From contig JANQEX010000074.1 of NCBI GenBank assembly GCA_028278105.1, forward strand, positions 6,237-70,236: a stretch of 64,000 nt of DNA, written 5' to 3'. The notes under the pieces are model-generated. The model did not search any database, had not been told where the DNA came from, and saw only the letters and a program-made list of their open reading frames with translations. The position numbers and the translations under genes were made by a program. Source of the stretch: Alphaproteobacteria bacterium. Its GTDB lineage: Bacteria > Pseudomonadota > Alphaproteobacteria > UBA9219 > RGZA01. Position 1 is the first letter of the stretch; each line of letters begins with the position of its first letter. Below are positions 1-8,966 of the stretch, piece by piece.

Positions 1-1596
1 ATCGGCGTCCGGCCGCCGGTAAAGGGTGACGCCGCCTTTCTCGCGGATTTCCGTGACGCCATGGGGAACCACCGCCACGCCGGCGGACGCGAAACTGGCA
101 TAAGCGCCGGTGATGTTCAGCAGGCTGACCTCGCTCGTGCCGAGGGCGAGGCTTAAGTCGCGGGCGAGCGGCGGCTCAATGCCAAGCCGCAGTGCCAGAT
201 TGCGCACCTCGCCCATGCGCAGCTTGTGGGCCAGGCGCACCGTGGCGGTATTCAGCGATTGCGCCAGCGCTTCTTTCAGCATCACCGGGCCGCGATAGCG
301 CCCGTCGTGATTGGCGGGCGCCCATTTGCCCACGCGGATGGGCGCGTCCAGTATGGTGTTTTCCGGCGTCAGGCCGTTCTGGAAGGCGTTCAGGTAAACG
401 AAGGGCTTGAAGGCGGACCCCGGCTGACGCCTGGCCTGCGCCGCCCGGTTGAAGGGGCTTTTCGCGTAATCGCGCCCGCCCACCATGACGCGCACCGCGC
501 CGCCCGCGCCAAGGGTGACAAGGGCGGCCTGACTCACCTTGCGCGTTTCGCCTTCCTTCGACAAAAGCGCGGCAAGCCGCTTTTCCGCTTCGCGCTGCAT
601 GGAAAGGTCAAGCGTGGTGCGCACGATGATGTCGCGTGGCGCGTCGCTTTTCTTACGGGCCCCGCCAATCCGCTCGTTCACCTCGTCCATCACCCAGTCG
701 GCGAAATAGCGGCCTTCGCCGGCCTGTCCCGGCCCGCGACGCGACAGGGCGGAAGAGGAGACGACGTCTTCCCGTTTCTTCGGGCTGATGAAGCCGGAAT
801 CCACCATGGCTTTCAGCACCACGCGGGCGCGGGCCTCGGCGGCTTCGGGATTGTTGAGAGGCGAATAACGCGAGGGAGCCCGCGGCAGCCCGGCCAGGAT
901 CGCCGCCTCGTGCAGGTTCACGTCTTTGGCGGGTTTGTTGAAGTAAAGGCGGGAGGCCGCGTCCACGCCCCAGGCGCCCGAACCCATATAGACGCGGTTC
1001 AAATAGGCGGAAAGGATTTCATCCTTTGTGTATTTCCGCTCCAGCCAGACGGCCAGCATGGCCTCCTGCGCCTTGCGGCGGAAAGTGCGCTGCGGGCCAA
1101 GGAACAGGTTCTTGGCAAGCTGCTGGGTGATGGTGGATCCCCCCTGCACCACGCGGCCGGCAAGAATATTGTGAATGCCGGCGCGCAGGATGCCGATGGG
1201 GTCGATGGCGCCGTGATCGTAAAAGCGCCGGTCTTCCACGGCCAGAAAGGCGCGGATCAGATGCGGCGGAAGCCGCTCCACCGTGACCGGGTCGCCGCGA
1301 TAGCCGCCGAAACGGGCGAATTCCCTGCCGTCCCGCGCCTCCAGGATAATGGCGGGATGGCGCTTGAGATCGGCGCGCCGCAGAATGTCGGGAATTTCAT
1401 AGGCATACCAGCCCAGCACAATGGCCGCGAAGACCGCGCCCCAGATCAGCGCCAGCCCGGCGGCCTGCCAGAGCCCGCGCGGCGTCATCCAGCCGCGTAA
1501 TAGCGTGAAGCCCCCGGCCAGCCGCCCAAATGGCCCGGCGGGCTTCTTTTTCTTCTTGCGGAAAACGGATTTTCTTATTTTGCGTTTGCGAACCAC
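1..1596 (-). CDS. Class A penicillin-binding protein (PBP1A family), 3' end outside window
   Basis: Own translation of the minus strand: basic N-terminus, TM helix, then GT51 motifs EDRRFYDH and QGGSTITQQLAKNLFL. Frame runs off the window edge; GTG start at 1596 is tentative. Confidence 0.9.
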   Translation of the reverse strand, partial: MVRKRKIRKSVFRKKKKKPAGPFGRLAGGFTLLRGWMTPRGLWQAAGLALIWGAVFAAIVLGWYAYEIPDILRRADLKRHPAIILEARDGREFARFGGYRGDPVTVERLPPHLIRAFLAVEDRRFYDHGAIDPIGILRAGIHNILAGRVVQGGSTITQQLAKNLFLGPQRTFRRKAQEAMLAVWLERKYTKDEILSAYLNRVYMGSGAWGVDAASRLYFNKPAKDVNLHEAAILAGLPRAPSRYSPLNNPEAAEARARVVLKAMVDSGFISPKKREDVVSSSALSRRGPGQAGEGRYFADWVMDEVNERIGGARKKSDAPRDIIVRTTLDLSMQREAEKRLAALLSKEGETRKVSQAALVTLGAGGAVRVMVGGRDYAKSPFNRAAQARRQPGSAFKPFVYLNAFQNGLTPENTILDAPIRVGKWAPANHDGRYRGPVMLKEALAQSLNTATVRLAHKLRMGEVRNLALRLGIEPPLARDLSLALGTSEVSLLNITGAYASFASAGVAVVPHGVTEIREKGGVTLYRRPDAD

Positions 1597-1648
1597 GGGC
1601 GGCGAAAGGCGAGAGTTTGAATGAAATCCGCTCCGGGCGGTTCGGGAA

Positions 1649-1723
1649 TGGTGCCGTTGGAGGGATTTGAACCCCCGGCCTTGGCTTTACGAAAGCCCTG
1701 CTCTACCCCTGAGCTACAACGGC
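1649..1723 (-). tRNA. tRNA-Thr(CGT)
   Basis: Reverse complement folds as a cloverleaf GCCGTTG...CAACGGC-ACCA; anticodon loop TT-CGT-AA; T loop TTCAAAT. Confidence 0.93.
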
Positions 1724-1845
1724 GGCCGTTAAAGGCCGGGAAAAGCTAGCGCATGGAAAGCGCGCGCGTCAACGGCAGGTAAAGCAAGAGTGGATAAGGG
1801 AAAAGCGCCGCTTACTCCCCTCCCAGGGGGAGGGGAGCCGGGATT

Positions 1846-2283
1846 CTATTTTTTTCCTGCCTTTGCGCCTGTGCCGGGTTTTTCCCGGACGCCGTAAAGC
1901 TCCAGCTTGTGGCCCATCAGGCGGTAGCCCAGCCTGGCGGCCACTTTGGCCTGAAGCGCCTCGATCTCTTTACTGGTGAACTCGATCACCTCGCCGCTGT
2001 TCATGTCGATCAGGTGGTCGTGATGGTCCTCGTGGCTTTCCTCGAAGCGGGCGCGCCCGTCGCCGAAATCATGCTTGCGGATGATGCCGGAATCCTCCAG
2101 AAGCCGCATGGTGCGGTAAACGGTGGCGATGCTGATCTGCGGGTCAACCGCGGCCGCGCGCTGGTGCACTTTTTCCACATCGGGATGATCGGCCGATTCC
2201 GACAGCACCTGGCAGATAACGCGGCGCTGGCCGGTCATTTTCAGGCCTTTTTCGATGCAGATTTTCTCCAGGCGGGAGGGCAT
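1846..2283 (-). CDS. fur: Fur-family transcriptional regulator
   Basis: MTGQRRVI, ISIATVYRT and HHDHLID motifs; start at the internal ATG (MPSRLE). Confidence 0.92.
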   Translation of the reverse strand: MPSRLEKICIEKGLKMTGQRRVICQVLSESADHPDVEKVHQRAAAVDPQISIATVYRTMRLLEDSGIIRKHDFGDGRARFEESHEDHHDHLIDMNSGEVIEFTSKEIEALQAKVAARLGYRLMGHKLELYGVREKPGTGAKAGKK

Positions 2284-2368
2284 GCCCCATGTATAGGCGC
2301 TTCGGCGCGCCGAAGCCAAGGCGAAAAAGCATTGCCGGTGAGGGAAACGGCATTACTATGAAAGCCGG

Positions 2369-3364
2369 ATGAAAATTCTTCTGACTGGCGCCACGGGATT
2401 TATCGGGGCGGCTCTGGCGCGGCGGCTGATTGCCGCGGGGCATGAGCTGCGCGCCCTGGTGCGTCCCGGCAGCGACCGCCGCAACATCCTTGATCTTCCG
2501 CTGGAGATTGCCGAAGGCGCGCTGGAAGACGACGCTTCGCTGCTTCGCGCGGCGCGCGGCTGCAAGGGGTTGTTCCATGCCGCGGCCGATTACCGGCTTT
2601 GGGTTCCCGACCGGCGCCGCATGTATCAGGCCAATGTGGTCGGCACGGGGCTGTTGATGGAAGCGGCGTTAAAGGCGGGCGTGGAGCGCGTTGTTTACAC
2701 AAGCTCGGTCGCCACAATCGGCGCGGCGCTTGGGGGCGCGCCGGCCAACGAAGACACGCCGTCCGAAGAAGCCGGCATGATCGGCCCCTACAAGCATTCA
2801 AAATTCCTGGCCGAGAAGCTGGTGCGCGAATTATGCCTGGAAAAGGGCCTTCCGGCGGTGATCGTCAATCCGTCCGCGCCGCTCGGCCCGCGCGATCTCA
2901 AGCCCACGCCCACGGGCCGCATCGTGGTGGAGGCGGCGAACCGCCGGATTCCGGCCTATGTCGATACCGGGCTGAACATGGTGCATGTCGACGACGTGGC
3001 CGAAGGGCATCTGCTGGCTTTCGAGAAAGGCGTGGCCGGCGAGCGCTATATTCTGGGCGGCGACAATCTGGAGTTGTCCGCGCTGCTGAAGCTGATCGCC
3101 GAAGAAGCCGGGTTTCGCCCTCCGGCCATGCGCCTTCCGGCCAAGGCGCTTTTCCCGCTGGCCTATGCCATGGAGGCGCTGGCCTTCGTCACGGGACGCG
3201 AGCCCATGCTGACGTCGGGCAGCCTGCGCATGGCGCAAAAGAAAATGTATTTTTCATCCGCCAAGGCCGAGCGCGAACTGGGCTATACCCATCGCCCGGT
3301 CCGGGAGGCGGTTGCGGATGCCTACAAATGGTTCCTTACCTACGGCTATTGCGGGATGAAATAG
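2369..3364 (+). CDS. hpnA: Hopanoid-associated NAD-dependent epimerase/dehydratase
   Basis: TGATGFIG Rossmann motif, AADYRLW, YKHSK catalytic motif, hpn cluster context. Confidence 0.9.
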   Translation: MKILLTGATGFIGAALARRLIAAGHELRALVRPGSDRRNILDLPLEIAEGALEDDASLLRAARGCKGLFHAAADYRLWVPDRRRMYQANVVGTGLLMEAALKAGVERVVYTSSVATIGAALGGAPANEDTPSEEAGMIGPYKHSKFLAEKLVRELCLEKGLPAVIVNPSAPLGPRDLKPTPTGRIVVEAANRRIPAYVDTGLNMVHVDDVAEGHLLAFEKGVAGERYILGGDNLELSALLKLIAEEAGFRPPAMRLPAKALFPLAYAMEALAFVTGREPMLTSGSLRMAQKKMYFSSAKAERELGYTHRPVREAVADAYKWFLTYGYCGMK

Positions 3365-3438
3365 GCAATGAAAAACCTGCCGCGCGCTCAACGCCACGCG
3401 GCAGGTCTTGAAACTCTCCGTTTAGGCTATGGCCGCTT

Positions 3439-3609
3439 TCAGGCGTGGCCATGGGTGTCGGAAAGCAGGACGCTGTCCAGAATGGATGCGCGTTCCTTGC
3501 CGTTCGGCTCCTTGGCGCTTTCCGGGGCGCCGAGCGCCTGCGAAAGCGTTCCCTTGTATACAGGGGGCTTTTCGTTCTCCGTTTCCGGATGATGGCTTTT
3601 GAATACCAT
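3439..3609 (-). CDS. Small hypothetical protein (~56 aa)
   Basis: ATG preceded by GGAGG; fills the hpnA-hpnB gap; no family recognised. Confidence 0.5.
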   Translation of the reverse strand: MVFKSHHPETENEKPPVYKGTLSQALGAPESAKEPNGKERASILDSVLLSDTHGHA

Positions 3610-3656
3610 ATATTCCTCCACCTCTTTATTGTGCAGTGCATGATGGCAGAGTTTGA

Positions 3657-3671
3657 TTAAACAGCACTTAA
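3657..3671. promoter_or_regulatory. Putative CtrA box
   Basis: TTAA-ACAGCAC-TTAA, an exact TTAA-N7-TTAA, in AT-rich intergenic DNA. Confidence 0.5.
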
Positions 3672-3779
3672 TTGAAACGATTTACGAAATGATAACCTGT
3701 GTGACTTCAAAAGGTTATTCTCAGGAATTCCGCGCCTTGTTAAAGTAAATACGAATTAAGGCATGAGGCTTTTTTACCA

Positions 3780-4949
3780 ATGCTGATAATTTTTTCTCTT
3801 ATTGCCGTGCTTTCCTGGATTTACCTGACGGGCTTTCGGGGCCTGTTCTGGCTGGAGAAGCCGCAGGCCTGGCCGGAAAGCGCGCCGCTCACCACGCCGG
3901 AGGTCGCGATTGTGGTGCCTGCGCGCAACGAGCAGGCGGTGATCGGCCGCGCGGTGCGCGCGCTGATCCGGCAGGATTATACCGGTCCTTACCGGATATT
4001 TCTGGTTGATGACCATTCAACCGACGCCACGGTGAAGGAAGCGCGCGAAACGGCCGACAGGCTGTTTCAGGGCGCGCGGCTGTCTGTTGTCCCGGCGCCG
4101 CCCTTGCCGGAGGGCTGGGGCGGCAAGCTGTGGGCCATGCAGACAGGCCTGCGGGCCGCGCAAAAAGACCTGCCCGGTGCCGATTATATCCTGTTCACCG
4201 ACGCCGATATCGAGCATGATCCCTCCAGCCTGCGCGAACTGGTGGCGCGCGCCGAAAAAGACAGGCTGGCGCTGGCCTCTTTCATGGTAAAGCTGCATTG
4301 CCGGAGCCTGCCGGAAAAATTCCTGATCCCGGCTTTCGTGTTTTTCTTCATGCTTCTTTATCCCTTCGCCTGGGTGCGCAACGCGGGCAGTCCCGTGGCC
4401 GCCGCGGCGGGCGGAGCGATGCTGGCGCGCAAATCGGCGCTGGCGGCGGCGGGCGGCCTGTCTGTTATCCGCGATGAATGGATCGACGATTGCGCGCTGG
4501 CCCGTTTGATGAAAAAACAGGGGCCGCTCTGGATCGGCCTTGCCGGCAATACCTTTAGCGTCCGCCCTTATGCCACGCTGAAAAGCATCTGGAAAATGAT
4601 CGCCCGCAGCGCGTACAGCCAGCTTCGCCATTCGCCCTTGCTGCTGCTGGTCACGGTGGCGGCGATGGCGCTGGTGTTTTTCGTCCCGGCGGCGGCGCTT
4701 GTTTTGGGTAGCCCGGCCGTGCAATTCACGGGTTTTTGCGGCCTTGGGCTGATGGCTCTCATCTATCTGCCCATGGTCCGCTTTTATGGCTTGCAGCCCT
4801 ATTGGATACTGACCCTGCCGGGCGCGGCGGCGGTTTATCTGCTGGCCACGCTGGATTCCGCCCGTCATCACTGGAAGGGGCATGGCGGGGAATGGAAGGG
4901 GCGGGCGCGGCGGCCGAAAAGCCCGTTACCGCCAGACCAAGCATCATGA
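3780..4949 (+). CDS. hpnB: Hopene-associated GT2 glycosyltransferase
   Basis: VPARNE, VDDHSTD, GKLWAM, FTDADI, IDDC motifs; C-terminal WKGR. Confidence 0.9.
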   Translation: MLIIFSLIAVLSWIYLTGFRGLFWLEKPQAWPESAPLTTPEVAIVVPARNEQAVIGRAVRALIRQDYTGPYRIFLVDDHSTDATVKEARETADRLFQGARLSVVPAPPLPEGWGGKLWAMQTGLRAAQKDLPGADYILFTDADIEHDPSSLRELVARAEKDRLALASFMVKLHCRSLPEKFLIPAFVFFFMLLYPFAWVRNAGSPVAAAAGGAMLARKSALAAAGGLSVIRDEWIDDCALARLMKKQGPLWIGLAGNTFSVRPYATLKSIWKMIARSAYSQLRHSPLLLLVTVAAMALVFFVPAAALVLGSPAVQFTGFCGLGLMALIYLPMVRFYGLQPYWILTLPGAAAVYLLATLDSARHHWKGHGGEWKGRARRPKSPLPPDQAS

Positions 4950-5770
4950 CGGCGCAAACCATCAGCGGCAAAAACCGCCGGAACGAGAATTTTCCGGTCG
5001 GCTCCTTCCTGATCCGCGCCGGTTTGCGCCCGCAGGTGCATTGCTTTTACGATTTCGCCCGCGCCGCCGACGACATCGCCGACGACCCGCTGCTGGAATC
5101 TTCCGGGAAAATCCGCCGCCTTGATGCCTTCGACGCCGCGCTGGCCGGGAAAAGCAATGACGTGGCCGTGGCGGTCGCGCTACGCGAAAACCTTGCTGAA
5201 AATGGCATCACGTCCCGGCACGCGCGCGATTTGCTGGTGGCCTTCCGCCGCGACGCCACCAGGCGGCGCTACAAAGACCTGGACGAGCTGCTCGACTATT
5301 GCCGCTATTCCGCCATGCCGGTGGGACGTCATGTGCTGGCGCTGCACGGCATCGGGCAGGAGGCCTGGCCTGCCAGCGATGCCTTGTGCGCCGCGTTGCA
5401 AATCATCAACCACATGCAGGATATGGGCGACGACTACCGCGAGCTGGACCGCGTTTATATTCCGCAAGACATGCTGGCGGCCCACGGCGCCTCCCTTGCC
5501 GGTATCGGGCATGAAAGCCTCGGCCCGGCCTTGCGCAGGACGCTGGATGATATAATCGGCCTTCTGCGCCCCATGCTGGAAGAGGCGCGCGATCTTCCCC
5601 GCCATGTGCCCGATCTGCGGCTGAAGGCCGAAACTTCGGTGATTGTTGCGCTGGCCGAAGCCATGACGGCCCGCCTTGCGCGCCGCGACCCTTTGGCCGA
5701 AAATGCCAGGCTGTCAAAATCTCAGGTTGCCGCGTCCGCCGTACTTGGCCTGCTGCGCATGTGGACCTGA
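4946..5770 (+). CDS. hpnC: Squalene synthase family, hydroxysqualene synthase HpnC
   Basis: ENFPVGS, ADDIAD, YCRYSAMPVG, DRVYIP; ATGA overlap with the hpnB stop. Confidence 0.92.
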   Translation: MTAQTISGKNRRNENFPVGSFLIRAGLRPQVHCFYDFARAADDIADDPLLESSGKIRRLDAFDAALAGKSNDVAVAVALRENLAENGITSRHARDLLVAFRRDATRRRYKDLDELLDYCRYSAMPVGRHVLALHGIGQEAWPASDALCAALQIINHMQDMGDDYRELDRVYIPQDMLAAHGASLAGIGHESLGPALRRTLDDIIGLLRPMLEEARDLPRHVPDLRLKAETSVIVALAEAMTARLARRDPLAENARLSKSQVAASAVLGLLRMWT

Positions 5771-5918
5771 CCCCAAGCACCGGTTAGAATAAAGGCTTCG
5801 AGATGCTTCAATGAACATTCCGGGCAGGTTCGCGCGGCGAACGCGGCCCGGAATTCCTTTTGTTTGATAAAAATGGAATTCCCGCTTCCCTGCTTCGCCT
5901 TCGGCATTGGAAACAGTA

Positions 5919-6776
5919 ATGCCCGTCCCCTCGATCCTTGAAGCCAAAACACCGCGGGAAGCGCTGGATTGCGTCAAAAACTCCGGCAGTTCTTTTCTGC
6001 TGGGCATGATGGCGGTGCCGCGCAAGCGCCGCGCCGCCATGTTCGGGCTTTATGCCTTCTGCCGCGCGGTGGATGATATCGCCGACGATTTCGCGGACTC
6101 CACCATCCGCCTTTCCCGGCTTCAGGAATGGCGCGCCCATGTTGAAAGGCTTTTCGCGGGAGAGGCCACGCATCCCGTTATGGAACTCCTGCAGCCGGGA
6201 GTTGCGGAATACGGGCTGGCGAAGGAAGATTTTCTTGCCGTCATCGAAGGCATGGAAATGGACGCGGCGGAGGACATCCAGGGCCCGGCATGGGCGATGC
6301 TGGATGCCTATTGCGACCGCGTGGCCAGCGCCGTGGGCCGCGCCAGCGTGCGCATTTTCGGCGATACGTCGGACGCGGCGCCGGACCTCGCGCATCATCT
6401 GGGCCGCGCCTTGCAGCTTACCAACATCCTGCGCGATATCGACGAGGATGCCGGGCGCGGGCGGCTTTACATTCCGCGCGAGGCGCTGGACGAAGCCGGC
6501 ATCGCGGCCGAAGACCTGGACGGAATCCTGATCCATCCATCCTTCGACCACGCCTGCCGGGCGGTGGCGCGCAAGGCCGCGCATCATTTCGACCTGGCCG
6601 ATGCCGCGCTGCTCAAATGCAACCGGCGCAGGGTGAAGGCCGCCCGCCTGATGCGCGATTATTATGAACGCCTGCTCTACCGCCTTCTGGTGCAGGGCTG
6701 GGACGTGCCGCGCTTTCGCGTAAGCCTCGGCTTTTTCGACAGGCTCGGCCTCATGCTGCGGGCGATGATGCCATGA
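5919..6776 (+). CDS. hpnD: Presqualene diphosphate synthase HpnD
   Basis: SGSSF, FCRAVDDIAD, YCDRVASAVG, LQLTNILRDIDED, GRLYIP. Confidence 0.92.
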   Translation: MPVPSILEAKTPREALDCVKNSGSSFLLGMMAVPRKRRAAMFGLYAFCRAVDDIADDFADSTIRLSRLQEWRAHVERLFAGEATHPVMELLQPGVAEYGLAKEDFLAVIEGMEMDAAEDIQGPAWAMLDAYCDRVASAVGRASVRIFGDTSDAAPDLAHHLGRALQLTNILRDIDEDAGRGRLYIPREALDEAGIAAEDLDGILIHPSFDHACRAVARKAAHHFDLADAALLKCNRRRVKAARLMRDYYERLLYRLLVQGWDVPRFRVSLGFFDRLGLMLRAMMP

Positions 6777-6781
6777 ATTTA

Positions 6782-6862
6782 AAGGGTCGTGAGGGTCAGA
6801 AGGGGCATGAGGGCCAAAGACCCTTGACGACCCTCCGCGACCCTTTGCGACCCTTGTGACCC
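6782..6862. repeat. Periodic AGGGTC / GACCCT inverted array (related copies near 17425-17480, 20504-20577, 23655-23720, 39925-39980)
   Basis: Four ~9-nt AGGGTC-like units followed by five ~10-nt GACCCT units. Confidence 0.75.
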
Positions 6863-6864
6863 AA

Positions 6865-8208
6865 ATGACCAATTCCACCATCCACATCATCGGCGCGGGG
6901 CTCGCGGGTTTGTCGGCGGCGGCGCATCTGGCGGCCGCCGGACGCAAGGTGGCGCTGTATGAGGCCGCGGCGCAGGCGGGTGGACGCTGCCGGTCCTATC
7001 ATGACAGGGAACTGGGTTGCCGCATCGACAACGGCAATCATCTCATGCTTACCTGCAACACGGCGGCGCTGTTTTATCTGGAGCTGATCGGCGCCGAAAG
7101 AACCATGGCGGTCGCGCCCCGCGCCCTGTTTCCTTTTGCCGACCTGCAAGGCGGCAAGCGCTGGAAGCTGGCCATGAACGAGGGGAAGATTCCCTGGTGG
7201 ATTTTCAACCCCGCCGCCCGCGTGCCGGAGAGCCGCGCGCCCGATTACCTGAAAGACATAAGCCGGTTGTTGCGGGCCGGGCCCTTGCAGACAGTGGCCG
7301 GGGTCCTGAACGCCGAAAGCGTTCTTTTCCGCAGGCTGTGGTCGCCGCTTTGCGTATCCATCATGAACACGCAAGCCGCCGAGGCCTCGGCCCGCCTGTT
7401 CGCCCATGTGCTGCGCGAGGCCTTTGCCGAAGGCGGGCGCGGGCTTCATGTTCTCTTGCCGCGCGAGGGGCTGTCGGAAAGTCTTGTCGATCCCGCCCTG
7501 AAATTCATCGGCACGCGCGGCGGCAAGGTTCATTTCGGCCGGCGCTTGCGCGCGCTGGAAAAGGCGAATGACGAAATCCGCAGGCTGGTTTTTGCCGACG
7601 GCGCGGTGGAGCTTGCGCGCTGGGACTGGGTGGTGCTGGCCGTTCCGCCCTGGAATATCGCCGAATTCGTGCCGCGGATCCCCGCGCCGGACGCGGCGCG
7701 CGGCATCGTGAACGCGCATTTCCGTGTTCCTTACAAGTCAATCAGCGAAACGGGCGTCACCGGCGTGATCGGCGGCACGGTGGAATGGGTGTTCGAAAAG
7801 GAGGGGCTGCTTTCCACCACTACCAGCGCCGCCGAGAAGATTATTGACCGGGATGCCGAAGCGCTTGCCATGCTTTTGTGGAAGGATGCCGCGAAGCTTT
7901 ACGGCTTGCCTGAAACCCCCCCGCCGCCGCACCGCGTCGTCAAGGAAAAGCGGGCGACCTTTGCCGCCACGCCCGGCCAGATCATCCGCCGCCCGAAAAT
8001 CGAAGCCCGCTCCGGCAATCTGGTGGTATGCGGCGACTGGACGGCGACCGGCCTTCCCTCGACCATCGAAGGAGCCGTCCGCTCCGGCCGCGAGGCGGCC
8101 ACGGCCATCCTCCCGCCCGCCGAACGGCGGTTTGGCCGGGGGGTGGAATCGGCACCCATCCATCTATGGAAAAACGAACATTTCTATACGCCCCGGAGAG
8201 CGAAGTAA
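6865..8208 (+). CDS. hpnE: Hydroxysqualene dehydroxylase HpnE (FAD)
   Basis: IIGAGLAGL, GGRCRS, IDNGNHL, EKRATF, GDWTATGLPSTIEGA. Confidence 0.92.
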   Translation: MTNSTIHIIGAGLAGLSAAAHLAAAGRKVALYEAAAQAGGRCRSYHDRELGCRIDNGNHLMLTCNTAALFYLELIGAERTMAVAPRALFPFADLQGGKRWKLAMNEGKIPWWIFNPAARVPESRAPDYLKDISRLLRAGPLQTVAGVLNAESVLFRRLWSPLCVSIMNTQAAEASARLFAHVLREAFAEGGRGLHVLLPREGLSESLVDPALKFIGTRGGKVHFGRRLRALEKANDEIRRLVFADGAVELARWDWVVLAVPPWNIAEFVPRIPAPDAARGIVNAHFRVPYKSISETGVTGVIGGTVEWVFEKEGLLSTTTSAAEKIIDRDAEALAMLLWKDAAKLYGLPETPPPPHRVVKEKRATFAATPGQIIRRPKIEARSGNLVVCGDWTATGLPSTIEGAVRSGREAATAILPPAERRFGRGVESAPIHLWKNEHFYTPRRAK

Positions 8209-8224
8209 CCCGCCTTCGGCCTCC

Positions 8225-8352
8225 TTATACCAACGGTTTTATAAACTGATCCATACCCCAAGGAGAGCTGTCATGCCCGCCCCCGCTTTCGCGGGGGCGG
8301 GCATGACGGGTTATCTTATGGCGTGTGTCCGTTCATAAGTTTGTTGGTATAA
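8225..8352. mobile_element. MITE family 2 (TTATACCAAC...GTTGGTATAA) carrying an internal REP
   Basis: Perfect 10-bp terminal inverted repeat extending imperfectly to ~28 bp; internal palindrome at 8270-8307; related ends near 23385-23419 and 53900-53937. Confidence 0.65.
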
Positions 8353-8426
8353 CAAGGTAAATTCAGGATTGTTTAAGTTCCATTAGGCATTCTTGTCCTG
8401 TGTTTGGGAGAAGGGGCAACCAAGGC

Positions 8427-8963
8427 ATGCCGAAAGACAGCAAAACAGATCAGACTGGTGAAAGACTTATAAAACAACTTCGGCGCCGGGTAAAATACTC
8501 GGCCATGAGACTTCCAGATTCCAACAAGGGCATGATCGCCGCTGCTGAGTGCGTTGCGCGCGAAAGCGGCCATGAGCCCCAAACCCCCGGCCAGGGAGTT
8601 GTGGAGCGCAAAGGGTATTTTTATAGGCCGGACATCAAAAGGGCCGGTCATTCGAAAAGCGTTACAATACCAACCGACAAGGGCAGGCTAAGGATTGGCG
8701 ACACGAAAACAGAAGGTGTTGGTAATGCTGATAACACTAGTGTCCTGATGATAGAGGAACTACCACAAAATGGTCCCGGACGAATAACCGATCTGTCGGT
8801 GTGGGGGAAGGAGGCCCGTGTACGGACAGAGGCGTCCCCCCAAGATGACAAGGGGAGGCTTGTAGTTGGCCGCCATTTTGGTGAGGTGGCAAAAAAAGAC
8901 CGCGTCCTTTCGCAAATAGTCGACACCGCAAAAAAATGCGGCCTGCTCCAGCCATTGATGTAA
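8427..8963 (+). CDS. Hypothetical protein
   Basis: 178-aa ORF, visibly more AT-rich than its neighbours, convergent with feoB; no motif recognised. Confidence 0.6.
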   Translation: MPKDSKTDQTGERLIKQLRRRVKYSAMRLPDSNKGMIAAAECVARESGHEPQTPGQGVVERKGYFYRPDIKRAGHSKSVTIPTDKGRLRIGDTKTEGVGNADNTSVLMIEELPQNGPGRITDLSVWGKEARVRTEASPQDDKGRLVVGRHFGEVAKKDRVLSQIVDTAKKCGLLQPLM

Positions 8964-8966
8964 AGA

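Noticed and set aside
226..1500. 424-aa plus-strand ORF
   Set aside because: Antisense shadow of the minus-strand PBP gene, which carries the real motifs.
1649..1723. G-A mismatch at the top of the tRNA-Thr anticodon stem as a pseudo-tRNA sign
   Set aside because: A single mismatch at this position is tolerated; all other arms and the CCA end are intact.
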